Shown here: positions 37,673-51,932 of the stretch, piece by piece | Numbering within the stretch: the stretch's first letter is position 1 | How the letters are laid out: every line of letters starts with the position of its first letter | From: Octopus bimaculoides | Lineage: Eukaryota | Direction: 5' to 3' | Assembly: GCF_001194135.2 (NCBI RefSeq) | Contig: NC_068982.1 | Location: forward strand, 179,244,553-179,308,518 | Length of the DNA stretch: 63,966 nt | Made by a program: the position numbers and the translations under genes | The notes under the pieces: generated by a model | The model's input: the letters and a program-made list of their open reading frames with translations, nothing else | Told to the model about the DNA's origin: nothing | Database searches by the model: none

Positions 37673-37674
37673 TG

Positions 37675-37755
<81 letters not shown>
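37673..37755. repeat. (ATA)n microsatellite between two R4/Dong-like LINEs
   Basis: Seen directly in the sequence. Confidence 0.97.
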
Positions 37756-39500
37756 GCGTTCTTAAACATTGTACATATTTTCAGCAAGGATATAAGTATG
37801 AACATGCGATTGGACAAATACGTCAAATTAACATTAAGAAGACGCAATTATATGAGTAATGAAAATACTGCACTAAGCATAGACAACGAAATCAGAGAAT
37901 TAGACAAAATCGGACATAGAAATAGACGAAATAGCTAAAATACAATACACAGAAATGAAAGAGAAAATTAGGAGAGAATATTACAGGGGTGGGGCTGGGG
38001 GGTTGGACTAATAAGAAACACTGAACTAAATGCCAAGCTGATAGTAGATATAAGCATGCCAGCAATACCAGTCACAAACTACAACTTCAATACAATAAAC
38101 TAAAAGATTAATGAATTGCGAAAACTATTAACAGCATACCGAAGTCACCACCCCAAAGCAGATAGGGACAAAATATATCAACCCCATACAGGAGATCGTG
38201 GCCTGACACAGAGACGTATTCTAAAATACAAACAGTTCAACTAGAAAACTACTCAGAAACAAAAAGTTGACGTCTACGTGTAATAAAGAAACACGAAAAA
38301 AGAAAACGTTTTTCACTATACACAAGGAAGCAACAAAATACAAAACAGAAACAAACTTCACTGAAACACTGATCTAAGAAACGACAAAAATTATCAACGA
38401 AAGAGACAAAAAGCAACCTGAAAACAGAACTCTAAAACTTGCTAAAGAAGAAATGGTGAGAAAAATTACTTCATAGCCAATACCCTGCAAGGTTTGACAG
38501 AAAAGAGTGAGCCTAAATAAAGCTAACAATGCCTGAAACGCTCTGGACTAAAAGCAGAAACAGAAGAACTGATTTTCGCTGCACAAGAACAATGTCTGAC
38601 CACAAACAGCTACAGCAGTAAAACAATGAAAACAGATCCAAATGCCATATGCAGAATGTAATGTACAGCCGGCTCAATGAGACAGTTGACCACATCATCT
38701 CTGGCTTTCTACTCGTAGCCAAATCGGAATATATCAACAGACATGACCGAGTAAGTAGTTATATCCATTGGGCAATATACCAATACTACAACATAAATAC
38801 TAATAAGAAATGCTGCAAACATGTGCCAAACAATGACCACGTTACGACCATCTAGAAACACCTGTTCAAACTTACAACGAAATCAAAGATAATTACCCAG
38901 ACATAATCATCAGGTCTTGAAAAATGACGCCTATAGTCCCTTGTGACCAAAATATTGTCCAAAAAGAAGCAGACAAATTGTTTAAATACAAAGATCTCGA
39001 AATTGAAGTATTCAAGATGCGAGACATGAAGGTGAAACAATATCAATTATAATTGGAGCATTGGTTATGATTGATAAAAAACATATAAGCTAAAACATAG
39101 AAGCTATACTTGGACCCTCAACACTACACTCTATCCCAAAAATAGCCCTACAAGGAGCAGCCAACATCCTACGCAAGACACTATCAATTCAATAGTGCAA
39201 CACAAATAAAATAATCCACAAATCCAAGACACAAGACACAAGACACACTATACAATAAATATCCTATAGGATATATTCATTGTATTTATTGTATATATAT
39301 ATAGGATATTTATTGTATTTATAGGATATCTTATAGGATATTAAGATTAACAACAGCAGCAACATGTACTGTACAGGTAGGATACCCAACTGAAGAACAT
39401 AACTTGTACTGCACACACAACACAGTAAAAACACTAATACAACAAACGACCCAAGCTAAAGCCCATAACAAACCAAGCTGATGCAATATACACCGGGTAA
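37756..39500 (+). mobile_element. Second, diverged R4/Dong-like LINE, 5' truncated
   Basis: FSKDISMNMRLDK, EMKEKIRREYYRG, GLKAETEELIFAAQEQCLTTN, ETVDHIISG..KSEYINRHDRVSSYIHW, DKLFKYKDLEIE; the 3' boundary is approximate. Confidence 0.9.
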
Positions 39501-41829
39501 AGATGATATTTCTCCAACAACAAAAAAATCAAGAACATATAATACTGCACATGCCTCAGTAATACGGAAGAGTAGCAGGTTATGTAGTAGAAATTTGCCT
39601 GAAACTATCAAACAACAACAGAAACAAAATGGAGCGATAGTTGTAATTGTCGAAAAACTGAATAGTGTTTCTTAGGTCATAAATAACTGCATCCTGCATC
39701 ACACAACAAAAGTGAAGATAAAAATAATAAAGCGGTAATAGTTTATTACATTGTATTAAGAAAAAAAAACTAAATTAAGAAAGAAATGCTTTGCGCTCGG
39801 AGTACATCTGGCATAGAGATGGTAAGATTGTGTATACAGATGCTTAGTTTATGTTTAACGGAGAAATATCATATCATAAACCATTCTATATCCATAATGA
39901 AGAGAAAGATATAGAATTAAGTAGCGTAGTAGGCACAATTTTTCAGGGCAACAGACAAAGCTTCAGTGATCTTACACAATACATGACAAGGTACCATGTA
40001 GTCCATTGCCATAAAATCTACGAAACAAATCTAGCAAAGGATTGTAACGTGCAAATTGATGAATGCTAGTGAAAAACCATAGTACTGAATTAATTCATTA
40101 GCATTAACTGTGTGTGGACGAGCACGCATGCTTGTATAAGTGTGAGTATGAGGCCGTGTGTTTTTCCTTATCTATTAATCAGAAGGAAAGGCAATGACAA
40201 TCTCTCTTCACAGTGTCTACGTGAATACTGGGAAGGAAGAAATGTATCTTTAAATCAGAGACCTTCTCCGAATAATTGTTACAGGATGAAAACCGCTGAA
40301 GATATTAAAAGGGCCAGGTGAATAAACTGAACTGCAGATTATGTTGTATGTGTGTATGATTAAGAAAAAGAAGAGCCGGTAGGTCGAAAATATATATGAT
40401 ATTTGGTAGCATACTGTATTACTTTCTAAAGTTGCCTCTGTCTGCGTCCACACCAACTTTGCCGTTCTACCTCGGTACCAGCTTTATTTGACATAAACCC
40501 TTGAAGGACTAACTCTAGCATAGCCGCAAATAAAGATTTCTAACTAACTAGACATGTATTGGCTATGCTGCAATTAAATTTCATATTTCGGTGTATCACA
40601 ATTAATGCAATGACTATTTATAGTCTAAGCGGTTTGCTCATTAATAATATGCTTTGGGGAACGATTCCATTATCCTTATCAACAAATAGTGTGTGAGATT
40701 ACATAAAATACTTGAATATATAATGTTCTAAATAATACGTTTCGGATTATAAATTCAATAAAAATTATTCATTAAAATATTTAAGTACACGGTTTCGAAA
40801 TATATTATACGAAGTGAATTTTCTATTTGTGGTTGGAACCATCTCACCCGACATGTTACTAATGCTTTGGGGAAATGCTAGAATTTCTCAATTTCCATAT
40901 ATCAATACCTTGAAGTCAATAGGGCTAATCATCTAATCACTAATTAACGAAAGTTAAACAGAAAATGCAGACGTTCGATGATTAACTCACACGTGCTTCA
41001 GATAATTAAGTATCAGTTGATTAAAATATAATGAATAAATTAGAGTTACTTATTAATAGGTTTAAACTGTTCAGCTTATTGTGATATACTGTCATGTCTT
41101 AGGCGCTTATAAAATTAACACGCGTATCTCTGAACGTGCGTGCGAACGTGTGAAAATGTGTATTTATTTATCTGTACGTGTATGTTTGATGTACGGAGAT
41201 GTCTAAAAGCATTTAGCATACACTGGCATTTAAACGAAATCGATATTCGTCTAAAAAATCGATATATATATATATGGGGTTAGTGCCACAACAGCAAATA
41301 TATTTCGCTAGTGATCGACGGTGTCGTTTCTCCCTTGCTAGTAATCGATTGAATATATTTATATGTACAGCCCCTTGAGACAGGCATGAAAGTTACAACA
41401 TCACACAATATATATCCAATGCAATCTGCAAACTTATCAGCATAAACTCATACATACATGCACGCACACACACACACACACATCCAATTATGTATTTGTT
41501 TTCATACACTTACATATGCGTTTCATTGATATTCCTGCATATTTATAGGTTATATCATATATCTTATACAATATGTCTATATATTCATATTGCGTTATAA
41601 ATGTGCGTGTAAGTGTGTTTACATAAATAAGTATGTGTGTGGTCATGTATTGATCAAGCTGACTATCTGTTAGTAGCTATGTTTTCATTAAAGCACTTCA
41701 TCAAATAATGAGTACTGTATCGATTACCTCGGATATTTTACGCTCTGTTTAGATGCGTGATATGGTAGATAAGCGTATATATGTGAGTGTGTTTGTCTCT
41801 GTGTGTTCGTGCATGTATATATGTGTATG

Positions 41830-41861
<32 letters not shown>

Positions 41862-44800
41862 NNNNNNNNNNNNNNNNNNNNNNNNNNNNNNNNNNNNNNN
41901 NNNNNNNNNNNNNNNNNNNNNNNNNNNNNNNNNNNNNNNNNNNNNNNNNNNNNNNNNNNNNNNNNNNNNNNNNNNNNNNNNNNNNNNNNNNNNNNNNNNN
42001 NNNNNNNNNNNNNNNNNNNNNNNNNNNNNNNNNNNNNNNNNNNNNNNNNNNNNNNNNNNNNNNNNNNNNNNNNNNNNNNNNNNNNNNNNNNNNNNNNNNN
42101 NNNNNNNNNNNNNNNNNNNNNNNNNNNNNNNNNNNNNNNNNNNNNNNNNNNNNNNNNNNNNNNNNNNNNNNNNNNNNNNNNNNNNNNNNNNNNNNNNNNN
42201 NNNNNNNNNNNNNNNNNNNNNNNNNNNNNNNNNNNNNNNNNNNNNNNNNNNNNNNNTAATATATATTCATATATACACACATATATTTATACATTGGCGA
42301 TACATCGTTAATTGAAAACATCGCACGTGTGTGTGCGTGTGTGTGAGTGTATGTGTGTGTGTGAGTGCGTGTTTGTGTGTGTGTGTGTGTGTGTGTGCGT
42401 GCGTACCTCTGTGTGTGTGTGTGTGCGCATGCGAGGTTGTGTGTGTAAAGCATATTTTATGTGCATATGTAAATCTCTATTAATAAAATTGCCATTTATG
42501 AAGCGGAAAACAGGCAGGAGATAACAGATGCAACGACTTCAGTACAACTGATGAGTGGATGTGGAAGAGCGTTGTTGATTAGAAATATACTGAAACTGAC
42601 CAGCCTTTGGTTGTTACTTTGAAATGGCCACATCTGTCTTTGTTGTATCACATCTGAGAAAATATAAAGTAAAACAAAGAAATATTGCATAAAACATAAA
42701 ATACATAGTAAAATTAGTTTTATTCCGAAGTAAACTATCTATTGGGATCTTCTAAGTTAATATAATTAGTTTGAAAAGTATAAACACTTCAAATGTTTTG
42801 GTCAGTGGGGAAATATTAAATAGCTTTCGATTAATACCTAATAAACTTACATTCTAATGATAAGTCAATAAAAAAAATCTGTAATAGCTTGTAGCAACTT
42901 GATGGGTTTTAAATTCTGAATTGATAGATAATTGATAGTTAATAAACGATTTCTGAGGAAATTGGTTTCCGTTAATAGCCAATAAGAGCCACGTGCTAAA
43001 CTATGTTTGAGAGTGTTAATAAAAAGGAAATGATTTTACTTAAGAGTTAAATATCGTTTGATAAATACCAGATATAGCAGACCAATGAATCTTTTAAAAT
43101 ACCTATCATATAATTTATTAGTTTAATAAAAGCCACAAACGAGTGATGTCATTTCCGTTAGGCTACTGAACTATTTATTAGTAGACTTTTGCAATTACGG
43201 TGGGGAAGTTGAAAAAAAAATGTACACTTGTTGATAACCATCGAAGGAAGATTGAGTTCAAACCGTGAAAAGAACAAATAACCAGGAGATCAACACAGTA
43301 ATCTTTCGAGCGTACACATGGCCAGTGAATTATAAATAATTTTTTTCGATCAGATGTGTTTTTATGCACTTTATAAATCTGTTCAATGATGCAGTGTACG
43401 TTAAATTTAATGGAATGAAAAGAACTTTACTTAAAACGGATTTTGAAGAAAGATGTACATATATCGATTTCTGTCTTAAGCACAGTTCTACATATTTTTG
43501 AGAAAGAGGAAAACCGATTATATCTATTCAGTAGTTGATTTACTGATAGGTATTATATCGATCAAGGAAGAATAAAATCAAAAGTTGACATCGGTGTGAT
43601 TTGAAATCAGAAAGTAAATTGCTATAACTAAATAACAGGCTGTAATTTTTTTCGAATCTGTAACGATTTAGTCTGTTCACGACTCTCAAGGATTTAATAT
43701 ACAAACCTATTTCCAATATTATAAAGTACCGTGGGATAAGGAGAAAACTATTTATATATATATATATATATATATNNNNNNNNNNNNNNNNNNNNNNNNN
43801 NNNNNNNNNNNNNNNNNNNNNNNNNNNNNNNNNNNNNNNNNNNNNNNNNNNNNNNNNNNNNNNNNNNNNNNNNNNNNNNNNNNNNNNNNNNNNNNNNNNN
43901 NNNNNNNNNNNNNNNNNNNNNNNNNNNNNNNNNNNNNNNNNNNNNNNNNNNNNNNNNNNNNNNNNNNNNNNNNNNNNNNNNNNNNNNNNNNNNNNNNNNN
44001 NNNNNNNNNNNNNNNNNNNNNNNNNNNNNNNNNNNNNNNNNNNNNNNNNNNNNNNNNNNNNNNNNNNNNNNNNNNNNNNNNNNNNNNNNNNNNNNNNNNN
44101 NNNNNNNNNNNNNNNNNNNNNNNNNNNNNNNNNNNNNNNNNNNNNNNNNNNNNNNNNNNNNNNNNNNNNNNNNNNNNNNNNNNNNNNNNNNNNNNNNNNN
44201 NNNNNNNNNNNNNNNNNNNNNNNNNNNNNNNNNNNNNNNNNNNNNNNNNNNNNNNNNNNNNNNNNNNNNNNNNNNNNNNNNNNNNNNNNNNNNNNNNNNN
44301 NNNNNNNNNNNNNNNNNNNNNNNNNNNNNNNNNNNNNNNNNNNNNNNNNNNNNNNNNNNNNNNNNNNNNNNNNNNNNNNNNNNNNNNNNNNNNNNNNNNN
44401 NNNNNNNNNNNNNNNNNNNNNNNNNNNTATATATATATTGAAATCTAATTTTGCATTTCTTTTTAAAGTTTATGAAGTGTATTCCCTGCTATTGTCAACG
44501 TAACTAGCACCTCCCACCGCTAATCCTGGTATGGGGAGAATAAACAAAGAAAAATGGGTGTTTGTAGAAATATGTATACACAATAAATAATAAAGAATGT
44601 TTTCGTCTATTGGACTAAATACACATAACTGTATTATGTAATAATATTTGCAGCGTTTGCAAAACTATAGCACTACTACTTGTAACTATATAAAAAGCGG
44701 AGCTAAAAAAATTGACAATGATGTTTAGGTAGAATATTTAATCTCACACAATATTTTTCTTTACGTTTTCTTAACAAGTCTTTTCTACTAGCCCTAAATT

Positions 44801-45094
44801 CAGACCAAACAAATTCTCCACATCATTTCTTTTTACTAGTAGAAGTTTGGGAATATCGAATTGTTTACTGTATCGCCCCGTTCGGCATTGTTAATGAACA
44901 TAAACTAGATTGAATTAAGTCTAGAATATAAAGAAATAATTTCTCTTACATCGTGTAGTGAGTGGTATTAAATACAAACAAGACTGCAGTGTATTCAGTA
45001 TGATATTTTAAAAGGTTACTCTTTCTAAATTACCTACCTTCTCAAATCTTTATCTTGCGCTAACAGTGTCGTAATTATTTCGATAAATCATGAA

Positions 45095-45505
45095 TATTCT
45101 TTTATTCTTTTACTTGTTTCAGTCTTTTGGCTGCGGCCATGCTGGAGCACACCAGGACTTATTCTTTGTAAGCTTAGTTTTTAGTCTAAGGGTATTCTAT
45201 AGGTATCTTTTACCGAACCGCTAAGTTATGAGGACGTAAACACACCAACATCCGGTGTCAAGCGATGGTGGGCGTACAAACACAGACGCACAGACACAGT
45301 CACATATACACACACAAAAATACATACATATGTGTGTCTGTGTGTGTACGACGGGCCTCTTTCAGTTTCCGTCTACCAAATCCACTCAAGGCTTTGGTCG
45401 GCCTGAGGCTATAGTGGAAGACACTTACTCAAGGTATCACGCAGTGGGACTGAACCCGGAACTATGGGGTTGGGAAGCAAGTTTCTTGCCACACAGCCAC
45501 ACCAG
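45095..45505 (-). mobile_element. Near full-length tRNA-derived SINE
   Basis: Minus strand gtggctgtgtggcaag (A-box-like)..ccgggttcagtccc (B box)..; internal CA/TG tract; tail ..gactgaaacaagtaaaagaataaaag, also seen at about 27067-27092 (+). Confidence 0.9.
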
Positions 45506-46578
45506 CACCTATATATCATAAGATTTTCGCAAAAAATCAAATATGGCAAACTGTATTTGATGAAAATGTTTTGCAAACTCACTTAATCATTTCAACTCTT
45601 AAAATGTCTGGAACAATAATACAGTTTCTTCTCTTACTATTTGCATTGCTCTGAATAATTGCCATTTTAATGAGTATTGCATACTGAAAGCATTAGTATA
45701 TTCTGCTAATGTATAATTAGCCAACGACAGTATGACAACAATTTATGTTCAATTCATAGAGAATTCTTTTAAAGCAATTTTTATGAACAACTTTATTCAT
45801 TAAAAAGTCTGGACTCATCAAGCATATCTAGTGTTAAGAAATTTCCGATGCTATTTTCAGAAAATGTTTGAAGAAGTCTGATACCGTTTAAAATCCAATG
45901 TAAAATCCTAGAATGTTTTTCATACTTACCAGATAGGTTTCGTTTAAAATTTTAAAGTGACATCATAGTGAAATGTCATTCATTTGTTTCAAGAAGTTCA
46001 TAGTTTCACAACACTCATTTATTTAATCTACCAAATTCGTAGTCAAATGAATATCAACGATTACTTTCAAGGATATTTCAAGCGTGCATCTTACCGATTC
46101 TATTTTTGAAACCATAATTCTAAGTAACTTTGGGATATGTCTTTTCATACTTAGATTGGATTGTATGCACGCATGGCATTTACAGTTTTCAAATTTTCAC
46201 GCATGCATACATGATGTTTCATATCTTTTCATATTTTACCATGCACATATATTTCTAACACTTTGTATAACCACTTTTCTTTAATTTTTAAAAAAATATA
46301 AATTCATCTTTTCAATGATATCGACAAGTTATATCTTTTTCAGCTATTTAACAAAACGGCGCGTAATATGATATTCAAGCATATACACAATATGGCTATT
46401 ATTTTCTATTTTCATGCTCCATCTTTAATAGCCGCCCCAAAATTTGAGCCGAGAATCTCCAAGTAACAGTTCTTGAAGTTTCTGCTTCCAATGAATCATA
46501 CTTCTCTACTTTTTGTTTTATGTTATTTCGTTTGTCTCTCTATATATAATTCATACATAAGTATTTACATCCCTTCTT

Positions 46579-46630
<52 letters not shown>

Positions 46631-47679
46631 ATATATATAAGTAGGTATGCATAGACCCACAAATATACACACACATATATGTATGAATATTTGAGTGTGC
46701 ATGTGTATATGTGTGTGTGTGTGTGTATGTAAATACATATTTTGACATACATGAAATTTAATCCATCTTTAGGTTTATTTAAAAGACGTAATTCAAATTC
46801 CTATTTCAATGCATAATTTTAATGGAACTCTATATTCTATTTTTTAAAAACTTTCCATGATTATTCTTTTTGAAATATGAACTCCATGCTATACATATAT
46901 AAATATATTTAAAAGAAGACATCAGGTTGGGTGAACAGCGAATAGTGTCGGTTATAGAAATAGAATTTCAAGTATTTTCACCACGATATTATTTTTCCGT
47001 CCATATTGTAGACATTTTTCGCATGAACTATTACCGATATTTCTCTCTAAATATTTACTATATATATCGATTCACTTCTAAAATCATTGATATTTGAATG
47101 AGATTTGGCTGCAAATCCTTGCAAATGTTTTTAGAAGAATTAGTCATATCATGTGATCTGTTATAGTAAATCGAGCTGTGGCTTTTTATAGTCAAGCGGG
47201 AGTTCCTTGCATGCTAAACATAAAAATACCTAATTGAGTTATAGTATTTCTAGCGATTAGATTAATTTCATGGTTGTAATTTTGTCTATGAATATTGACA
47301 TCAATATGGCACAGGACTTTATCAACAAAGGAATTGAAGTCAATTTCATTTAGTTTCTGTTGGTTTAACTACTTGGTGCCAATGTTTGTCTAGAACTAAA
47401 ATGATTTGTGGCATGCAATCTAGTACAACATTAAATCTCCATCAAATATCATGAGAAATAGAAATAAATATAAGTAAATTTTAGTCACGCTGAAGTTGGA
47501 CACATATGTCTTAATAGATTTTCAAGACACCAATACAATATTTTCTGGTTTTACTGGCTGACTAGTCACCAAATCAAGCAGGACTGTAGCTGAAATGTAG
47601 CCCTTTCAATGTTTAGTTTTATTTGTCACAGTGTCCTGTTTTTTTACAATTGTTTCTACCATGAAGAATTGCACCAAGT

Positions 47680-48560
47680 TACCCACCTGTCCAAAACAAT
47701 ACGTGCGCCACCTTTACCTAAATCAACTTCTAAAGCTTTTCTGTCCAAATAAAACTATGTACTACTTCTTTCTCAACCAAATTGTGTACCACCTCTAGCC
47801 TAACCAACCTGTCTATCACCTCTTTCTCAATCAACATATGTATACCATCACTCTACCAAACACGTCGAGTACTACCTTTTCAAATTAACCCTCTGGACCG
47901 TATCTATATAAACCAAACTCTGCATTACCCCTGTAAAAACAAACTTGTGTATCAGCTCAATACAAAACAACTTGTATGTCACTTCTGTCACTTCTGCCCA
48001 AAGCAATGTGTTTCGCTTCTATACAAATAAACTGTTTATCACCACTGTAAAAGCCATCTGGTGCACTATCACTGTTCATACAATTCCATGTATATCCTCT
48101 GCGCAAATCACCCCATTTGCCACTACTATCTCCTATCTTCATTTATTCAAACACGTCTGTGTACCAATTCTATCCAAACTAACCTGTCAACTATGACTGA
48201 GCACCCTAGCCAGTGTACCGTATCTGTCCCAATAAATCTCGGTATTACGTCTACATAAACCACTCTGTATAACAACAATGTGGACACCGACCTAAGTATT
48301 TCTGTGTCCGAGCCAACATGGGCACCATCTGTTTCTAGACCAATCTGTATGCATCCCCAGTCTAAACTTATTTGTCCTCCAACTTGATTCAAACCAACCT
48401 TTAAATCACTGTATTCAGATCAACCGGCGTACCACCTCTTTCCAAATCATCCTCATTACCATTTCTCTGCAAATCAATCCTTTGTCCAATTTGAACAAAT
48501 GTACCACCTCTATGCAAACTTATCTATATACCACCCTAGTCAAAACCAACCTTTTTAGAT
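47680..48560. repeat. Degenerate C/A-rich minisatellite (recurring ACCACCTCT..CCAAA/TCTGT motifs)
   Basis: Recurring short motifs at roughly 20-bp spacing; no long ORF. Confidence 0.65.
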
Positions 48561-51342
48561 AATTTCCAAGTATAAAATATCCAAATGCGCTCCAATTCGA
48601 TGAGATGTACATTAGTGATGCTATTCAAAAGTTATCTTATCCTCAGAGAACAAGTTTGCTTATAAAATACTCCTCGAAGAATAAGTATGGTAATGCAGAA
48701 CGAATAATTCAATCAATTGTTAACTTCAAAAGCTTTCTGTTTCAGAAAGAAAGAAATGGTTCCAGTGACTGAGAATGAATCAAGAAATTGAGAATGAATC
48801 TCACGAAATTAATATATATGTTTATAAGAAAATCTAACACAATTTCTTTCTTTTGCATCGTTGAATCTGGAAGGGAAGGATGGCACCCATTATTCTTTAT
48901 TTTTTTCAAGGAGATCAAGACTAGTGGAAAGAATGGAGAGAATTATCTTGAAACCGGAAACTTGATCGGGATACGTCCAACCGTGTAAAGTCCACTGAAG
49001 CCATTGAGGTTTGAGGAGGCAGTATGAGGCCGGACGACTTATTTTCAAGTAAGACGACAATCACTGACAATGTTTCGCTCTTATTGAAACTCATCGTCTA
49101 TTCTACTTTGCTTTGATCAATTGACGAATATTTTTAATGAGAAGAAAAGGTCTACGAAGAGCTTGCCATTAGTGATTACCGAAATTAAAATGAATAAATA
49201 GCGAAGAGAAACAAGTCAATCGAACAAATAATACGGTGTATCTAAGCTCCAGGCACCGTACAAACAACTATGCCCAGTACTTCCCCGCTACAATATTAAC
49301 CCTCTGCAATTCTCTCCTTGCATTTGTCTTTCTCGCTTGTCGTCGACACACAATACTTAAAGCGAAACGTTAACACTATCCGTCACCCCCTGTCTAGGAG
49401 GACCTACCTAAGGTATGACTACCTTTCATTCCTCTAGAGATAGCAAATAAAAAAATGTGACACTGCTTATACTTTTCAGTTAAAAATATTAAATGTGTTT
49501 TGATGGTAAATGCACAGTAGTTTATTATTTAATATATGTGTACTATGGAAATTCTGAAAAAGTCAATGTGTTAAGTTTCTATTATATTCAGTCCTTTATT
49601 CGACAAGTGCTGCCAGATACAACTAAACAGCCGCTAATAACTTCAACTCTTCACGTAATTTATTCACTGCGATAGGAATATACTGAACTGGCTGCATAGA
49701 AAGGTTCTTCTATCAGCTATAGTTCCATTCCATGTCTGAAATAATCACGTTCGATAACAGCAGCAGAACCACTCTTAATGTATTCGATGTATAGGTAAGA
49801 GCGTCAGCCTGAGAAAGATGTGTTGAACAACATAAATATATTACAATCGATCATGCATTCAAGAATTTCTTTGTACTCACTCGCTACCTTCGAATGTGAT
49901 GCCTTAATTGCTTACTTAACTGAAGCAAAATAATGGCAGGTAGAAGCAGTATAATTAAGTTAGAAAATATAAAGGAAATATTCTGATGAGAAAAGTAATT
50001 TATTGCCAACACAGAACCGTTTGATATATTCCGAGTATGAGAGAGGACAAATGGAAGATGGCGGTGAGGCTTCTGATATGACAACACTGTATTAAAATAT
50101 AGCACTTTAATATTTGGTTTGGAAATACATTCAATACAGATGATAGTATATGAGAGGAATGTCACAGGAATATTTAGAAAGTTAAACTTCCTTATAATCA
50201 AATATAAACTTACTCATACATATTTATGTCTATCCACACACGTGTTTATTTATGTGTGCGTATATATATATATATATANNNNNNNNNNTATATATATAAA
50301 TATATGAATATATGAATATATTTACATGTTAATTTATGTATGCATGTATTATGTATTATATACACTTAGGCGTATATGTATGTACTATCTAAGTAAGTTC
50401 TATATGTGTGTGCGTAACATAGATATAAACAAGCGTAAGCTAGTTTCTGGCTGAATGTGAGCGAAGTTAATCATTGTAACTAAATGTGTATGCATTGTGT
50501 GTGTGTGTGTGTGTCTGTGTGTGTGTGTGTTCGTTTGTCTGTGTGCATCTGTTTGTATGTAGGTTTGTGTGTGTGTGTGTGTGGGTGTGTGTGTGTTTGC
50601 TTGTGTGTATCTGTGTTTGTGTGGGTGTGTATCTGTGTCTACACCAACTTTTGTGTATAGTCTTTTTCGACATTTGGATCAGAAGATTGAACAGCAGCTG
50701 ATCTGGACACAATGAAGACAAGTTTGCCAAGATCAGCACAGAGGGTCATCTTAACTAAAAGGAAACAAAAAAAACCAAAAGATCACTTCACAAGTAACAC
50801 AAGCTAAGTTTTAAAAAGAATCAGACAACTCTTACAGAGTTGTCCGGCGCTCATTCAATAGCAATGAAGCGCTCCTTCTCCTATTCACACACAATCTAAA
50901 TTTCATTCTTAATGTAAATATGATTCCCACATTTTTCTCTGAACCTAGCATTTCAGAATTAACAGTGTGGTTCAAAGAAACATTTAGCTCAGCGCCTACG
51001 AAAGGCATAATAACCCTCTTCAAGCCGAATTTCCATAAGGCTCATTGTACAACAACTGCAAAAGAAACTTGTAGGAAAACTGTATTTACATCCTTTGCAT
51101 GCAGAACGATTACATAAAACACTATTTCATTAATAATGCAAGGTGTGAGTATTAACCAAGGTTCAACAAGGAAATTACTGGCTGGTGTCCAAAGAAATAC
51201 CACACCTACAGAGAGGAGAAATCTCTTACGAAGAGGAAAATAACTCAAGTGTTTTAAATGAGATGTAATAAAGAAATAACTGCAAATTGTTGCTCATAGG
51301 TATTGAAAATGAGATACAGATAGAGATAGCAAGCTAACTGCT

Positions 51343-51394
<52 letters not shown>

Positions 51395-51891
51395 CAGCTG
51401 GCGAGAGGGAAGGAGACAGAGAGTACAATTATGCAAACCTGAGACGCAGAAGTTATGAAACCAATCACTGGTCCACAAACATATATCTGAGCAGAATTAT
51501 TTTGCACTACAACCTTATACAGAGAAGTTTCAACCATCAGCTACAAATGAACGCAAGAAATTGATGAAAAATTTACCATAGTATTAACATAAATTCAGGA
51601 GAAGTCTGTAAAGGCATCTCAATAAATCTGCTATTAACATATATATAAAAATAACCCTTGTTAAATCATTTTATTTGTTTTCCCAAGACTTTTGTGAAAG
51701 TGGTAAAGTCATCGAATACCTGAACTGGGACATATGTGCTATTTGTAGAGAAAGGAGCGCAGATCTAAAACTTTATATGTCTTCATATATAACAACCTAC
51801 ATAGCTGCAAAAACCACATGAAGAATAACCCGGACGTAATTATTTTCTTAGAAGAAAATAATTGCTGATACCAATTTAGTTTTCTAAATAG

Positions 51892-51932
51892 TACAGTGAC
51901 TAGGAGACAGAAGCTGTCTCATAGTCACTGTA
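51892..51932. other. Near-perfect hairpin: 18 bp, one mismatch, AAG loop
   Basis: TACAGTGACTA-G-GAGACAG-AAG-CTGTCTC-A-TAGTCACTGTA. Confidence 0.9.

Noticed and set aside
39851-40069. ORF MFNGEISYHKPF.. as a gene
   Set aside because: No usable in-frame acceptor and no recognisable domain.
49061-49100. Hammerhead-like motif on the minus strand (ACGATGA..GAGC-GAAA-CATTG-TC)
   Set aside because: Core is mutated at two positions, stem II is weak and stem I does not pair.
51042-51044. In-frame TGA as selenocysteine
   Set aside because: No SECIS identified and no redox motif; the opposite-strand frame is similarly interrupted, favouring decay or chance.
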